A DNA stretch of 64,000 bases from an uncultured cyanobacterium (GTDB lineage: Bacteria; Cyanobacteriota; Cyanobacteriia; Pseudanabaenales; Pseudanabaenaceae), in the NCBI GenBank assembly GCA_963703315.1, contig OY969811.1, forward strand, positions 2,304,001-2,368,000, given 5' to 3'. Positions 40,714 to 51,350 of the stretch are shown in pieces. A program made the position numbers and the translations under genes. The number at the start of each line of letters is the position of its first letter. Positions within the stretch are counted from its first letter, which is position 1. The notes beneath the pieces were generated by a model. That model did no database searches and was not told the origin of the DNA. It saw only the letters and a program-made list of their open reading frames with translations.

Positions 40714-41847
40714 ATGACTGCTACCAACTTCTTTCCAAGTATTCAACCTCATATCCCTATTGTGGGAGATGCAAATCTAAAAAATCCGATCGCTTACAAA
40801 GCCACAAGATTAATGGCAGGAGCTTTCAATGCCACCCAAATGGCGATGGCAGAAGCCTATATTAACGGTTTAGAAATCCCAGACTCCGTTTTCCGATCGC
40901 TATTGCATACCGCTATGCCGATTTTGTTTAAACATTGTCCTAGCTTACTTGCTCCTTACGAATGGGTATTACAAGAATCTGAACATTTAGCCGAATCTTC
41001 ACGAGAGCTAATGAAGGTGCAGTATGACCTTCCACAAGAAATGTTGAACCCCATGCTAGGCGATTGGCAAACTATCTATCCCAAATACAGCACTGGCTTT
41101 TGGGAGAACGGCGCGATCGATCTTGAACAATCACAAATGCATATGCTCGATCAGGTGATTGAACGCCTCGGAATCGTTGACGGTGACAATATTTTGGATT
41201 TTGGTTGTGGCTGGGGCTGTGTACCTAATTACATTATGTCCAAGTTTCCCAATGTCAGATTTACGGGTCTGAACCTGAGTCATCAGCAGTGTGAATATAT
41301 GCGCGGTAAAATGCAAGACCCAAGCAGTTTCCTGAGTTCAGGGCGATTTACTTTGCATGAAGGAGATTTGAATGAGGCACAATTTACAGAAAAGTTTGAC
41401 AAAATTCTCTCTATCGGAGTCTTTTGTCATGTTGGCAATTTAACCAATGCTTTCCAAAAGCTAGCTTCTTTTTTGAAACAGGATGGAAAAGTATTCATTC
41501 ACATCATCACTGTACGGATTCCAAACCATATGTCATCGGGCTTTACCCACAAGTACATTTTCCCTCATGGACGCTATTGGAATTATGATGCTGTTCCTAA
41601 CCATAACCGCGATCTAAAAACTGTCAATCGCTGGTACATGAATGGCATCAACTATCACAAAACCTTGACTGCATGGTTAGAGAGATTTGATGAGTCTCAA
41701 GATCTAGTTAAGTCTTTAGACTATGGCATGGACTACGCTAAATTCCGCCGCATCTGGCGCTTCTATTTACTACTACTAGGTACAATTTTTGCGACTTGTG
41801 ACGGTGAGTACAATGGCAATGGTCAATATCTGATGACTCATGCATGA
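40714..41847 (+). CDS. SAM-dependent methyltransferase, cyclopropane-fatty-acyl-phospholipid synthase-like
   Basis: QYDLP, KYS..FW, LDFGCGWG, KYIFP, TLTAW, RIWRFYL. Confidence 0.85.
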   Translation: MTATNFFPSIQPHIPIVGDANLKNPIAYKATRLMAGAFNATQMAMAEAYINGLEIPDSVFRSLLHTAMPILFKHCPSLLAPYEWVLQESEHLAESSRELMKVQYDLPQEMLNPMLGDWQTIYPKYSTGFWENGAIDLEQSQMHMLDQVIERLGIVDGDNILDFGCGWGCVPNYIMSKFPNVRFTGLNLSHQQCEYMRGKMQDPSSFLSSGRFTLHEGDLNEAQFTEKFDKILSIGVFCHVGNLTNAFQKLASFLKQDGKVFIHIITVRIPNHMSSGFTHKYIFPHGRYWNYDAVPNHNRDLKTVNRWYMNGINYHKTLTAWLERFDESQDLVKSLDYGMDYAKFRRIWRFYLLLLGTIFATCDGEYNGNGQYLMTHA

Positions 41848-41855
41848 TTCATCAT

Positions 41856-41949
41856 TATAGCTGTACCAAACCCAAAAAGAGAGTTGCGGCGCTTCGCGCC
41901 GCAACTCTCTTTTTGGGTTTATGTCTTAACTTACTTGGCTATGGCTATA
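41856..41949. repeat. family B MITE-like element
   Basis: TATAGC...GCTATA ends, AGAGAGTTGCGGCGC TTC GCGCCGCAACTCTCT. Confidence 0.85.
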
Positions 41950-41977
41950 ACAACACCCCCCTTTGGGGGCTTTGTTG

Positions 41978-42757
41978 TTAACTCAGGCGAGTTAAGCCAA
42001 GGGGACAGCGATCGGGTTTACGGAATTCCCATTTGATTGCGCCGCCATCTCCTAACTCTGGCAGAGGTAAATCCTCAATCACTGGTGAAAGACGAATTAC
42101 AAAATCGGTATATTGCAAAGAATAAGCTTCTTCATAATACTTTTTGCGGCGATCGGGATCTTCTTCGATTTCACAGCCAATCCATGCGGGAACTGGTGTA
42201 TTAGGGCGAGTTCGTTCAAAATATTCCTTTAATGGCTCTGGCTCAATTCCCTCTGCAATCGTAAATAGATCGGAACCTGTGATTTGATCCCATGCGGTTG
42301 TGATATCGCTAGGAGGATAAGAATAGATTTCGACTTGATACTCCTTGGGTGGAACTGAGACATAGCATTCTAAACAATCGTCACTATTAGATATCTCCTT
42401 TGCGTCTTGGATTTCATCAAAATCATCATCACCAAGCACACCTGACACCACCATCTGTCCACAGGACAAATCTAGTCGCCATCGGACTCGCGCTACCCAT
42501 TCATCACGCTCTTGCTCGTTGAGGTCACCCATGACAACGCGGACATTGTAGCCATCATCCTGATAGAGATCCATTGCTAAAAAAGCTTTCTGTTTAAAGA
42601 TTGCTTCTTGTAATTTTTGGTTGTCATGATCCCAGATTAAGTTACAAAATCCTTCATAATCCTTGCTCACAAAATCCTTGGCGCCAACCCAAATCAAGCA
42701 GCCAGCTTCCCAAAATCCAAACTCAATGCGATCGCCTAAAGCCATAGGTTCAGCCAT
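41978..42757 (-). CDS. hypothetical acidic protein
   Basis: 259-aa ORF with GAGG RBS; no recognised motif. Confidence 0.75.
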   Translation of the reverse strand: MAEPMALGDRIEFGFWEAGCLIWVGAKDFVSKDYEGFCNLIWDHDNQKLQEAIFKQKAFLAMDLYQDDGYNVRVVMGDLNEQERDEWVARVRWRLDLSCGQMVVSGVLGDDDFDEIQDAKEISNSDDCLECYVSVPPKEYQVEIYSYPPSDITTAWDQITGSDLFTIAEGIEPEPLKEYFERTRPNTPVPAWIGCEIEEDPDRRKKYYEEAYSLQYTDFVIRLSPVIEDLPLPELGDGGAIKWEFRKPDRCPLGLTRLS

Positions 42758-42836
42758 AAACCACCTCTTTAATGCATGGGCAAGTACTTCACATTATAAT
42801 CCAAAAGAGAGTGACGGCGCAGAGCGCCGTCACTCT

Positions 42837-43943
42837 CTAGCTATATCTATCGCTAATCATATTAGCCAAAGTCTGAGAATGTATAGATAGATTATGATTT
42901 TGATACCAATCATAAGCATTGTCAGCGATCGCTTGAGCAATATTTTCATTTAATGGTTGATCTGGCTTTGCGGGGAACCAATAGTGCTTGCCAGCTACAA
43001 GTCCATCACTCTCTTCCGTTATAGATTTAGTACCGACAACAATAGGTAACATTCCAGAAGCACAGTAATTAGCAAAAATACTTGATTTGGCTAAAAGATT
43101 CGCAGGATAATCGATCATGCCAGCGATACTATCTTGAAAAAGAGAAGATAGCACTGATACAGGTTGTTCCCCTAGTATCGATATAGGTGTACCATCAATT
43201 TCTGGCAATTGTAGAGACAAGGGCTTACCAATATCTAGGACTTCTTGTATATCTAAATTCCTAACTACTTGCAGAAGAGACTTAAAAGACTTTTGATAAA
43301 TAGCAACTCTCCTTCCATAAGTACCAAATATAATTAATCTTCTTTGGCGCTGTGACCAAGATTTTTTTTCTGCTAATTCATCAATAGTAGAGGCTATCGG
43401 CAAATTAATGATGGGACAATTTTGATCATTTGTTAATTTGGAGAGTAATCCTACTGTCTTATATTGACTAGTCCATCCATAATCACTTAATTTTGCTAAA
43501 CGAGTCGCCAAGTTCTGTTGTAATGGTGATAGCCAAAAAGAACTTTGCCAAGGTAGCCCAAAGGCATAAAGTTCGTGGAATAAAGTAATTAGCGATCGCT
43601 GCGAATATGCAGCTTTCCAACGCTGTAATCCATCGACTAACCAGATTGGACAACCTCGTTTGGCATAGCCATAGCCCACATAATGTAAAAGTACTACTGA
43701 GGGGCGATCGCCTGCTGATAGATTGGTTAATAAATTTGTTAGTTCTTTAGAATTACTATCTCTAACTTGATTAATAGAGAATCCTTCAATTTCTGCCCCC
43801 CCGTTCCATTGAGAATTACCCACTATAAAATGAGTGTGAATATTAAAGTCCTTACGCAATTGACGCGCCAAGCTGAGGGCATAATCACCAACACCATTAA
43901 TTGCTGGCGGCAGTTGAGGAACAATAGAGACTACATTCATCAT
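42837..43943 (-). CDS. glycosyltransferase (GT-B fold)
   Basis: PPAINGVGDYA, LHYVGYGY, FHELY, KSSIFA. Confidence 0.75.
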   Translation of the reverse strand: MMNVVSIVPQLPPAINGVGDYALSLARQLRKDFNIHTHFIVGNSQWNGGAEIEGFSINQVRDSNSKELTNLLTNLSAGDRPSVVLLHYVGYGYAKRGCPIWLVDGLQRWKAAYSQRSLITLFHELYAFGLPWQSSFWLSPLQQNLATRLAKLSDYGWTSQYKTVGLLSKLTNDQNCPIINLPIASTIDELAEKKSWSQRQRRLIIFGTYGRRVAIYQKSFKSLLQVVRNLDIQEVLDIGKPLSLQLPEIDGTPISILGEQPVSVLSSLFQDSIAGMIDYPANLLAKSSIFANYCASGMLPIVVGTKSITEESDGLVAGKHYWFPAKPDQPLNENIAQAIADNAYDWYQNHNLSIHSQTLANMISDRYS

Positions 43944-45130
43944 TAACCCTGAATCGTCGTGAAATCTGACTCATTGTCAAAATCTCTGATATTTGATACA
44001 GAATAGTTAGGTATGGCGACTGAATGCTTAAGATTATGTAAAATTTCTTGCGCTTCAGGGGAATTGACCTGATTTAAAGCCCTCATAACGGCACTACGGA
44101 CTGAGCGATCGCGATCTTTAGTCGATTGTGAAAGATAAAACACCGCATCATGAGTACCAATTTCCCCTAATGCTAGGGCTGCATCACAACGCACGTAGGC
44201 ATAATCATCCTCTTTCAGTACTCTCGCTAGCAATGGCACAACCTCTTCCATCCCAATCTGTCCCAAAGTACGGGCGGCAACGCTGCGAGTATGGCTAGAG
44301 GGATTGTTCAGCATTTGAGCTACGGGAGAAATCGCGGGAACCCCAATATTTTTTAAAGCTTGGACTGCCTGAGACTGCACACTAATGTCATTGTCTGTGA
44401 GCAAATTGGCTAGAGAGTTAGCTGATAATGGCGATTTAATCTGTCCTAATGCCCAAGCTGCTTCAAACCGTACTGATTTACTATTACTCTCCAAAGCTTC
44501 AATTAAGGTCGTGACGGCTAGGGGTGAGCTAATTTGACCGAGAGAATGCGCTGCATGGACTTTAACCATATCATCGCTATGTTTGAGCGCCTCAACTAGG
44601 GGCGATACCGCAGGTAAACTTGCCCTTCCCAAGGCTTTCGCAACTGCGGCTTGGACTTGAATTGATGGATGACGTAATAGTTTCACCAACGCACTAATCG
44701 CATCAACACTACCAATCCAACTGAGGGCAGAGGCTGCTTGCCAATGAATTTGACGATGGGGATTTTTGGTGGCGGCGATGAGCGGGTTAATTGCTTGAGG
44801 CGATCGCAAATAGCCGAGGGCGATCGCTGCTTTTTTGGAGGTGGCAACTTCATCACTTTCGAGACGCTCTAGTAATGCGGGCAAGACATTTTCACGACAA
44901 CGAATTAGTTTTTGTAATGCTATAGAAAATTGATCAGACCGCGCCGCCGCATCAAATTCAGCCAAAATCGCTGACTCACCGCCCAACTCAGGTGCAGACA
45001 TGATATGGCGATCTTGAGGAATCGCATATCCTGGAGATACAGGAATCCGATAGTCCTCAAATTTTGGGGGAGAAAATTTAGAAGTGTTAGGGATTGGGGA
45101 TATCTCGGGTTGCGGTTCTTGTGCGGTCAT
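43943..45130 (-). CDS. HEAT/PBS-lyase repeat protein
   Basis: Repeated VR..AA.ALG.I units; ATG 45130 with AGGA upstream (ORF extends to 45193). Confidence 0.88.
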   Translation of the reverse strand: MTAQEPQPEISPIPNTSKFSPPKFEDYRIPVSPGYAIPQDRHIMSAPELGGESAILAEFDAAARSDQFSIALQKLIRCRENVLPALLERLESDEVATSKKAAIALGYLRSPQAINPLIAATKNPHRQIHWQAASALSWIGSVDAISALVKLLRHPSIQVQAAVAKALGRASLPAVSPLVEALKHSDDMVKVHAAHSLGQISSPLAVTTLIEALESNSKSVRFEAAWALGQIKSPLSANSLANLLTDNDISVQSQAVQALKNIGVPAISPVAQMLNNPSSHTRSVAARTLGQIGMEEVVPLLARVLKEDDYAYVRCDAALALGEIGTHDAVFYLSQSTKDRDRSVRSAVMRALNQVNSPEAQEILHNLKHSVAIPNYSVSNIRDFDNESDFTTIQG

Positions 45131-45279
45131 AGTGGCTGTCCTATTAGCATTGATGCGTGGTTTAGTTCCCGTTACCCATTTACAGAAAATCAAGGTTTAG
45201 CTGTATTAACATTACATTTTACGAGAAGAGTTCGAGAAAAATTTTAAAACCTCTGAGCATTTATAATTATTAAGCTAAT

Positions 45280-45381
45280 TAAGTACCTCGGCATAATTAA
45301 AATCTAAATCTCGAACCTGTGTCGCACGCACAGCGTTCGCTATAGGTTTTGAGGTTTTATATCAAATCATGCCTACTTACT
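45280..45381. repeat. degenerate family A element
   Basis: TAAGTACCTCGGCATAATTAAA terminus, decayed CCTGTGTCGCACGC hairpin. Confidence 0.7.
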
Positions 45382-45479
45382 CACTAAGCTAAAAAATTAT
45401 TAGTTTCGCAATCGCTATTAAGCCCAAGGATAAGTAAGTTATCTATATTCCCTATCCTCTTGGGACACACAGCCTATCT

Positions 45480-46472
45480 ATGAACCAACTCCTCAGTGCC
45501 TTTACTTTATTTTTGAGTCTCCTTGTAGAAGCCATACCATTTCTGTTGATGGGGGTGCTGTTATCAGGGGTTTTATTAATATTTGTGGATGAACGCAAGC
45601 TTATTGCTATTTTGCCCAAAAATCCCTTTTTAGGCGCATTAGCTGGCAGTTTGCTAGGTTTTATGTTTCCCGTCTGCGAATGCGGCAATGTGCCTGTAGC
45701 CAGACGATTAATTTCTCAGGGTGCGCCAATTTCAGTAGCTGTAAGTTTTTTGCTGGCTGCCCCCACGATTAATCCTGTGGTAATTTGGGCAACTTGGACA
45801 GCCTTTCGCGATCAGCCTGAAATCGCGGTATTACGAGTTGTGCTGTCATTTGCGATCGCCACAATTGTGGCGATGGTATTTAGCTCCCAAAAGGATTTAC
45901 GGGCAATTTTGCAGCCTAATATTGCGATCGCCTTACCTGCGCCCAAAGTCAAAGCAGGATCTGTTCCTATAGGTACATTTTTCTTAGGCGAAGATCGCAG
46001 TCAACCCTTGGATTTTGCAGGTTATGGGGCAGCAGTAAGTAATCAAGTTGTCACGAAATCTTTACCCGATCGCTTAAATCTATTGCTCGATAATACCCTC
46101 GCCGAAATGCGTGAATTAGGGGCAATTTTAGTCATGGGTAGTGCGATCGCTGCCATTATTCAAGTATGGGTTCCCCGCGATATTATTCTGGGTTTAGGAC
46201 AGGGACCCGTTAGCTCAATTGTGGCAATGATGACCTTGGCGGCGATCGTTTCGATCTGCTCGACGGTGGACGCATTTTTTGCCCTGTCCTTTGCCTCCAC
46301 TTTTACGGGTGGATCGTTGTTAGCCTTTCTAGTTTTTGGTCCCACGATCGATCTCAAAGCGATCGGCTTAATCTTAACGATTTTCAAAAAACGCGCAGTG
46401 ATCTATATGTTTTTACTCACCGCCCAGCTAACGTTTTTAAGCTGCCTATTCATCAATTTTCAGGTTCGTTAA
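45480..46472 (+). CDS. permease (DUF318/ArsP-like)
   Basis: EAIPFL, FPVCECG, SICSTVDAF. Confidence 0.88.
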   Translation: MNQLLSAFTLFLSLLVEAIPFLLMGVLLSGVLLIFVDERKLIAILPKNPFLGALAGSLLGFMFPVCECGNVPVARRLISQGAPISVAVSFLLAAPTINPVVIWATWTAFRDQPEIAVLRVVLSFAIATIVAMVFSSQKDLRAILQPNIAIALPAPKVKAGSVPIGTFFLGEDRSQPLDFAGYGAAVSNQVVTKSLPDRLNLLLDNTLAEMRELGAILVMGSAIAAIIQVWVPRDIILGLGQGPVSSIVAMMTLAAIVSICSTVDAFFALSFASTFTGGSLLAFLVFGPTIDLKAIGLILTIFKKRAVIYMFLLTAQLTFLSCLFINFQVR

Positions 46473-46583
46473 ATCAAATTCCCCTTTCCTTTGCAAGGAG
46501 AGGGGTTAGGGGAGAGGTTTTTAGATCGGGTAGTATTAACAAGGGCAAAGTTGCCCTTGTCCCAAAAGTTATTAAATTAAAGG

Positions 46584-47654
46584 TTGTCTGTGTCCGTGAG
46601 CGAATCTGTACTCGAAACTATTTCCGTTGCGTCTATTCCCAATGAAGCTTTAGCCAGTCTTGATCTAACAGATTTTTCGCTTTCTTTGCCTGATCCCAAT
46701 GATGAAGGTTTAGCGGAAGGTCAATTTTTAGCGGAAGTCGATCAGGCTTGGCAGGTGTGCGATCGCTTCGATTTGCAGACAGATATTTGGCGCGGTAGAA
46801 TTTTGCGAACTGTACGCGATCGCGAAAAAGCGAATGGAGAAGGGCGCGGCACAGGATTTTTAAAATGGCTGCAAGAGCGTGAAATCAGCAAGTCTCAGGC
46901 TTATTCATGGATTCAACTAGCTAATAGTGCCGATACCTTAATGGCAGATGGTCAGCTCGATGCCGATGATATCCGTCAATTTAGTAAGCGAGCTTTTTTG
47001 GAAACTGCTCAAGCTTCATCGGAAGTACAGCAGTTGATTGTCGATGCGGCGCGAAATGGCGAAAAGATTACCCGTCGTGAAGTTCGGCAACTTTCCGATG
47101 AATGGACATCCATGAGTTCTGATCATCTTCCCGATGAGTTAAAAGAAAAAATTGCCGCCCACACAATTCCCACTCGCTATGTCGCCCCATTAGTACGCGA
47201 AATCGATAAATTGCCAGAAGCCTATCAAACTCCACTAAAACAGGCGATCGCAGATGGTTCTGATTTGGATAACATTAAACTTGTCACGGCTGATGCTCAA
47301 AGGTTGACTAAATATCTGACTAATACGAGTCAAGTACAGGCGATCTCTAACCGTTCCGTTAATATTGATCTCGCGCTCGAAGAAGCTCTAAGATTGGGAT
47401 GTCTCAAACTCGCCTCGGATCTGGTTAGCCAAGCCTCACAACTCGAACAGGCGATCGCTAAGCTGTACAGCACATGGAAGCGTGTCTCGACATCAGCCGA
47501 TCAGTTATATGTAGAAGCTGGTGCAAGTACACCCAATTTACTTGATTTACTTAATTCCCTTGATTCCCTAGCTAGTCAAAATGTCGCGGTACAGATTGGG
47601 AATGATCGCTCAGGACGGACAATTCGCTTACAAATTACTGAAGAAGATCAATAG
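46584..47654 (+). CDS. conserved cyanobacterial hypothetical protein
   Basis: AWQVCDRFDLQTDIWRGRILR; function unknown. Confidence 0.75.
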   Translation: MSVSVSESVLETISVASIPNEALASLDLTDFSLSLPDPNDEGLAEGQFLAEVDQAWQVCDRFDLQTDIWRGRILRTVRDREKANGEGRGTGFLKWLQEREISKSQAYSWIQLANSADTLMADGQLDADDIRQFSKRAFLETAQASSEVQQLIVDAARNGEKITRREVRQLSDEWTSMSSDHLPDELKEKIAAHTIPTRYVAPLVREIDKLPEAYQTPLKQAIADGSDLDNIKLVTADAQRLTKYLTNTSQVQAISNRSVNIDLALEEALRLGCLKLASDLVSQASQLEQAIAKLYSTWKRVSTSADQLYVEAGASTPNLLDLLNSLDSLASQNVAVQIGNDRSGRTIRLQITEEDQ

Positions 47655-47729
47655 ATTTGATTCTCAAATAGATACCCCCTCAACCCTAGCCCCTCTCCCG
47701 CAGGAGAGGGGGAACAAGAAAAAACAGAT

Positions 47730-49958
47730 ATGTCAAACAGTGATTCTTTACAGCAAGCGCTAAAGCAGTACTTTGGTTACGAATCCTTTCGGGCAGGTCA
47801 GCGCGAGATCATCGAAGCAAGTCTAGCAGGGCGCGATACTCTAGCGATTATGCCCACAGGTGGCGGTAAATCAATTTGTTTTCAATTGCCTGCTTTACTG
47901 AAAACTGGAGTAACGATTGTCGTATCACCTTTGATTGCTTTAATGCAAGATCAAGTTACAGCACTCAAAGAAAATGGAATTGGCGCGACATTTCTCAATA
48001 GTACTTTATCAGGAAGAGAAACTAATCAGCGATCGCAAGCAATTCTCAATGGAGCGATTAAATTAATTTATGTAGCTCCTGAACGTCTATTTGCGGAACA
48101 GTTTCTGGAATTTCTGAATATTATTAAAAATAAAATTGGGATTGCGGGATTTGCGATCGATGAAGCCCATTGCGTTTCGGAATGGGGACATGATTTTCGT
48201 CCAGAATATCGCCAACTCAGTCGGATTCGGCAAATATTTCCTGATGTACCGATGATTGGCTTGACGGCGACAGCAACTGAGCGGGTACGTGAAGATATAA
48301 GTCAACAACTAGAACTAAAAAATCCCTATATTCATGTAGCTAGTTTCAATCGCAATAATCTCTATTACGAAGTTGTTCCCAAGCAAGGTACTGAGCAAAC
48401 CTATGTAAACCTCTTACGTCAAATCAAGCGTCTACAAGGCTCAGGGATAGTCTATTGTCTCAGCCGTAAGCGTGTTGATGAGATAGCCAGTCGCCTCCAA
48501 GAAGATGGTATCGAAGCAATTCCCTATCATGCAGGACTGGGAAATAAAGAACGGGAAGAGAACCAAACTCGATGGATTCGCGATGATGTACAGGTAATGG
48601 TCGCAACTGTTGCCTTTGGCATGGGAATTAATAAACCTGATGTAAGGTTTGTCATCCATTACGATTTACCGCGCAATATTGAAGGCTATTATCAAGAGTC
48701 GGGACGGGCAGGACGTGATGGCGAAGATTCCCACTGTACTTTGTTCTTGGGCTATCAAGATTTAGAAACCATCAAATATCTCATCGCTCAAAAAGTCGAT
48801 CCGCATACCAATGAGCCATTAGAAGCAGAGCAACGCATCGCGCAACAGCAATTACGTCAAGTGGTTGACTATGCCGAAGGTTTAGCCTGTCGCCGCACAA
48901 TTCTCCTGCGATATTTTGGCGAACATTTTCATGGAGATTGTGCCAATTGTGATAATTGCCTCACGCCGAAGCCAATGGAAGATTGGACGGTGGAATCTCA
49001 GAAATTTCTGTCCTGTGTAGCAAGAACCAAAGAAAGATTTGGCGCAGGGCATATCATTGATGTTTTGAGAGGTTCACGCAAAGAAAAAGTATTACAACAT
49101 GGACATGAGCATCTCTCGACCTATGGCATCGGCAAAGATCGCAGTCTTGATGAATGGCGGCAACTTTCGCGATCGCTCATTCATCAAGGCTACTTAACTC
49201 AAACCACCGATGGTTATGCGATTCTCAAGCTCAATGATCGCAGTTGGGAAGTGATGCGCGGTCAGCGTAATGTGCTATTACCGATAGAACGCGGTACTGA
49301 ATCTGTAGCCGTTAGCGATCGCGAAGACGTAAAAGAAAGACCCGTTGATGTGGATATTCTCTTCGAGAGATTACGACTACTCCGCAAGAATCTGGCTGAT
49401 GAGCAGGAAGTCCCGCCCTATGTGATTTTTAGTAATGCGACGCTCAATCAAATGGCAGAACAGCAACCAACAGATCGCAAAGATTTTGCTAAATTGTCGG
49501 GCGTTGGTGCGAAGAAACTAGAACAATATGCCGATGATTTCATTGCGATTATTCTCGAACATCATCTCAAATATCCCCCTGCGGAAACTACTGAATTAAC
49601 GAACTCTAGAGTAAAACAGGAATCAGTCACACCAAAATCAAAACTATCCAAAGCAAGTACTCAGCGTGAAACTCTCGCCATGTATGAGAATGGTCTAGAT
49701 ATCGATGAAATCGCCCGCGATCGCGGACTTAAACCCGCAACAGTCTGGACACATCTCGTTCAGTTACTTGAAGCTGGCTATGCAATCAACTGCGATCGCC
49801 TTGTGCCACCAGAGCGTCAAACTGTAATTTATGAAGCACTAGAAGCGATCGGTGGTGATTCCCTTCGCAATCTCTTTGATCACCTGCGCGAAGAATATAC
49901 CTACGATGAGATTAAGATCGTTCGTGCCATCTGGCAGAATGAAAAAGAGCCGCTATAA
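47730..49958 (+). CDS. recQ: ATP-dependent DNA helicase RecQ
   Basis: MPTGGGKS, DEAHCVSEWGHDFRPEY, RQC Cys cluster, HRDC domain. Confidence 0.97.
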   Translation: MSNSDSLQQALKQYFGYESFRAGQREIIEASLAGRDTLAIMPTGGGKSICFQLPALLKTGVTIVVSPLIALMQDQVTALKENGIGATFLNSTLSGRETNQRSQAILNGAIKLIYVAPERLFAEQFLEFLNIIKNKIGIAGFAIDEAHCVSEWGHDFRPEYRQLSRIRQIFPDVPMIGLTATATERVREDISQQLELKNPYIHVASFNRNNLYYEVVPKQGTEQTYVNLLRQIKRLQGSGIVYCLSRKRVDEIASRLQEDGIEAIPYHAGLGNKEREENQTRWIRDDVQVMVATVAFGMGINKPDVRFVIHYDLPRNIEGYYQESGRAGRDGEDSHCTLFLGYQDLETIKYLIAQKVDPHTNEPLEAEQRIAQQQLRQVVDYAEGLACRRTILLRYFGEHFHGDCANCDNCLTPKPMEDWTVESQKFLSCVARTKERFGAGHIIDVLRGSRKEKVLQHGHEHLSTYGIGKDRSLDEWRQLSRSLIHQGYLTQTTDGYAILKLNDRSWEVMRGQRNVLLPIERGTESVAVSDREDVKERPVDVDILFERLRLLRKNLADEQEVPPYVIFSNATLNQMAEQQPTDRKDFAKLSGVGAKKLEQYADDFIAIILEHHLKYPPAETTELTNSRVKQESVTPKSKLSKASTQRETLAMYENGLDIDEIARDRGLKPATVWTHLVQLLEAGYAINCDRLVPPERQTVIYEALEAIGGDSLRNLFDHLREEYTYDEIKIVRAIWQNEKEPL

Positions 49959-49989
49959 TCAAGTTAGAACAAATCTGTTATAAAAAACT

Positions 49990-50427
49990 ATGCTTGTTAA
50001 TTCTAAAACAGATAAGCTGTATGATCGCGATTTCTCAGAATGGGCAGAAATGACAGCTCAGTTGCTTGAGAAAAAGCGTTTTGATGAAGTAGATTTAGAA
50101 AACTTGGTGGAAGAGGTTCGGGCTTTGAGTCGCAGTGATAAACGAGAAATTCGTAGTCGGTTGATTAAGTTACTTTCCCATTTACTCAAATATGACTACC
50201 AGCCACAGAAAAGAACTGATAGCTGGATATACACAATTACTGAACAACGGCGACAGATTTTACTTATTTTTGAAGATAGTCCTAGCTTGCAAAACTACTA
50301 CACTGAGATTTTCGATTCTTGCTATGACAAGGCGCGAATCGAAGCATCCCAAGAGACAAAATTAGATATTGATACTTTTCCTAGAACTTGTCCATTTGAA
50401 AAACATAATGTTCTACACCCAAATTAA
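49990..50427 (+). CDS. DUF29 family protein
   Basis: LYDRDFSEW, DLENLVEE, HLLK, DSPSL. Confidence 0.9.
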   Translation: MLVNSKTDKLYDRDFSEWAEMTAQLLEKKRFDEVDLENLVEEVRALSRSDKREIRSRLIKLLSHLLKYDYQPQKRTDSWIYTITEQRRQILLIFEDSPSLQNYYTEIFDSCYDKARIEASQETKLDIDTFPRTCPFEKHNVLHPN

Positions 50428-50430
50428 GTA

Positions 50431-51273
50431 ATGGAAAACCTGCAAAAGCGATTAGTTCAACATCTAGAAAAAATTGTCATCGAGCGTAATCCTTATTATG
50501 CCTCGGCTGGACATTTATTTGCTCGTGAATATATCCGATCGCATTTTGCCAAATTTGGTGAAGTGATCACCCATGAGTTTGAAGTTAATGGCAATAAGCA
50601 TCAAAACTTGATTCTGCAAATTGCGGCTAAAGATGGGAAACAGAGATCGCCGATAATTATTGGCGCACATTACGACACAGTTCCTGCTTGCGTGGGTGCA
50701 GATGATAATGGCTCAGGAGTTGCGGTACTTTTAGAATTAGCTGAATATCTATCTGCACATCCGACTAAATATCCGATTCAATTAGTTGCCTTTGATATGG
50801 AGGAATATGGATTGTCGGGAAGTCATGCGTATGCGAATAAGCTCAAAAATGAAAAGCAAAAATTACGCTTAATGATTTCCTTGGAGATGTTGGGATATTG
50901 CGATCGCACTCCCAATTCACAACATTATCCCGCAGGATTAGACAAGTTCTATCCTAATACAGGTGACTTTATTGGCTTGATTGGCAGTATCCCCACGATT
51001 CCCGATCTGATCCACTTGCAACATCACATGAAATCTGTGGTTCCTTGTGAGTGGCTTCCCGCAGGTTGGCGAGGTTTAGCAATCCCTGATACTCGCCGCA
51101 GCGATCACGCACCATTTTGGGATGCTGGCTACAAAGCCTTAATGGTTACCGATACCGCGAATATGCGAAATCCGCATTATCACAAAAGTAGCGATCGCTT
51201 AGAGACTCTTGATTTAGAATTTCTCACCAACGTCTGTCAAGGTCTTATGGGAGGTATAACCGCCCTAAATTAA
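50431..51273 (+). CDS. M28 family metallopeptidase
   Basis: GAHYD, GADDNGSG, DMEE, SDHAPF, YH. Confidence 0.92.
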   Translation: MENLQKRLVQHLEKIVIERNPYYASAGHLFAREYIRSHFAKFGEVITHEFEVNGNKHQNLILQIAAKDGKQRSPIIIGAHYDTVPACVGADDNGSGVAVLLELAEYLSAHPTKYPIQLVAFDMEEYGLSGSHAYANKLKNEKQKLRLMISLEMLGYCDRTPNSQHYPAGLDKFYPNTGDFIGLIGSIPTIPDLIHLQHHMKSVVPCEWLPAGWRGLAIPDTRRSDHAPFWDAGYKALMVTDTANMRNPHYHKSSDRLETLDLEFLTNVCQGLMGGITALN

Positions 51274-51350
51274 CGAAGCAGCCACACTAAGAGCCGACTC
51301 TAGGTTGATATATAATTAATGTAGTTATTTACAAATCTTAAAGATTATTT

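Noticed and set aside
46481..47715. CCCCT..CC...GGAGAGGGG repeats on both sides of the 46584..47654 gene as a composite element
   Set aside because: Common short cyanobacterial repeat; the enclosed gene is HIP1-rich and looks resident; no target duplication seen.
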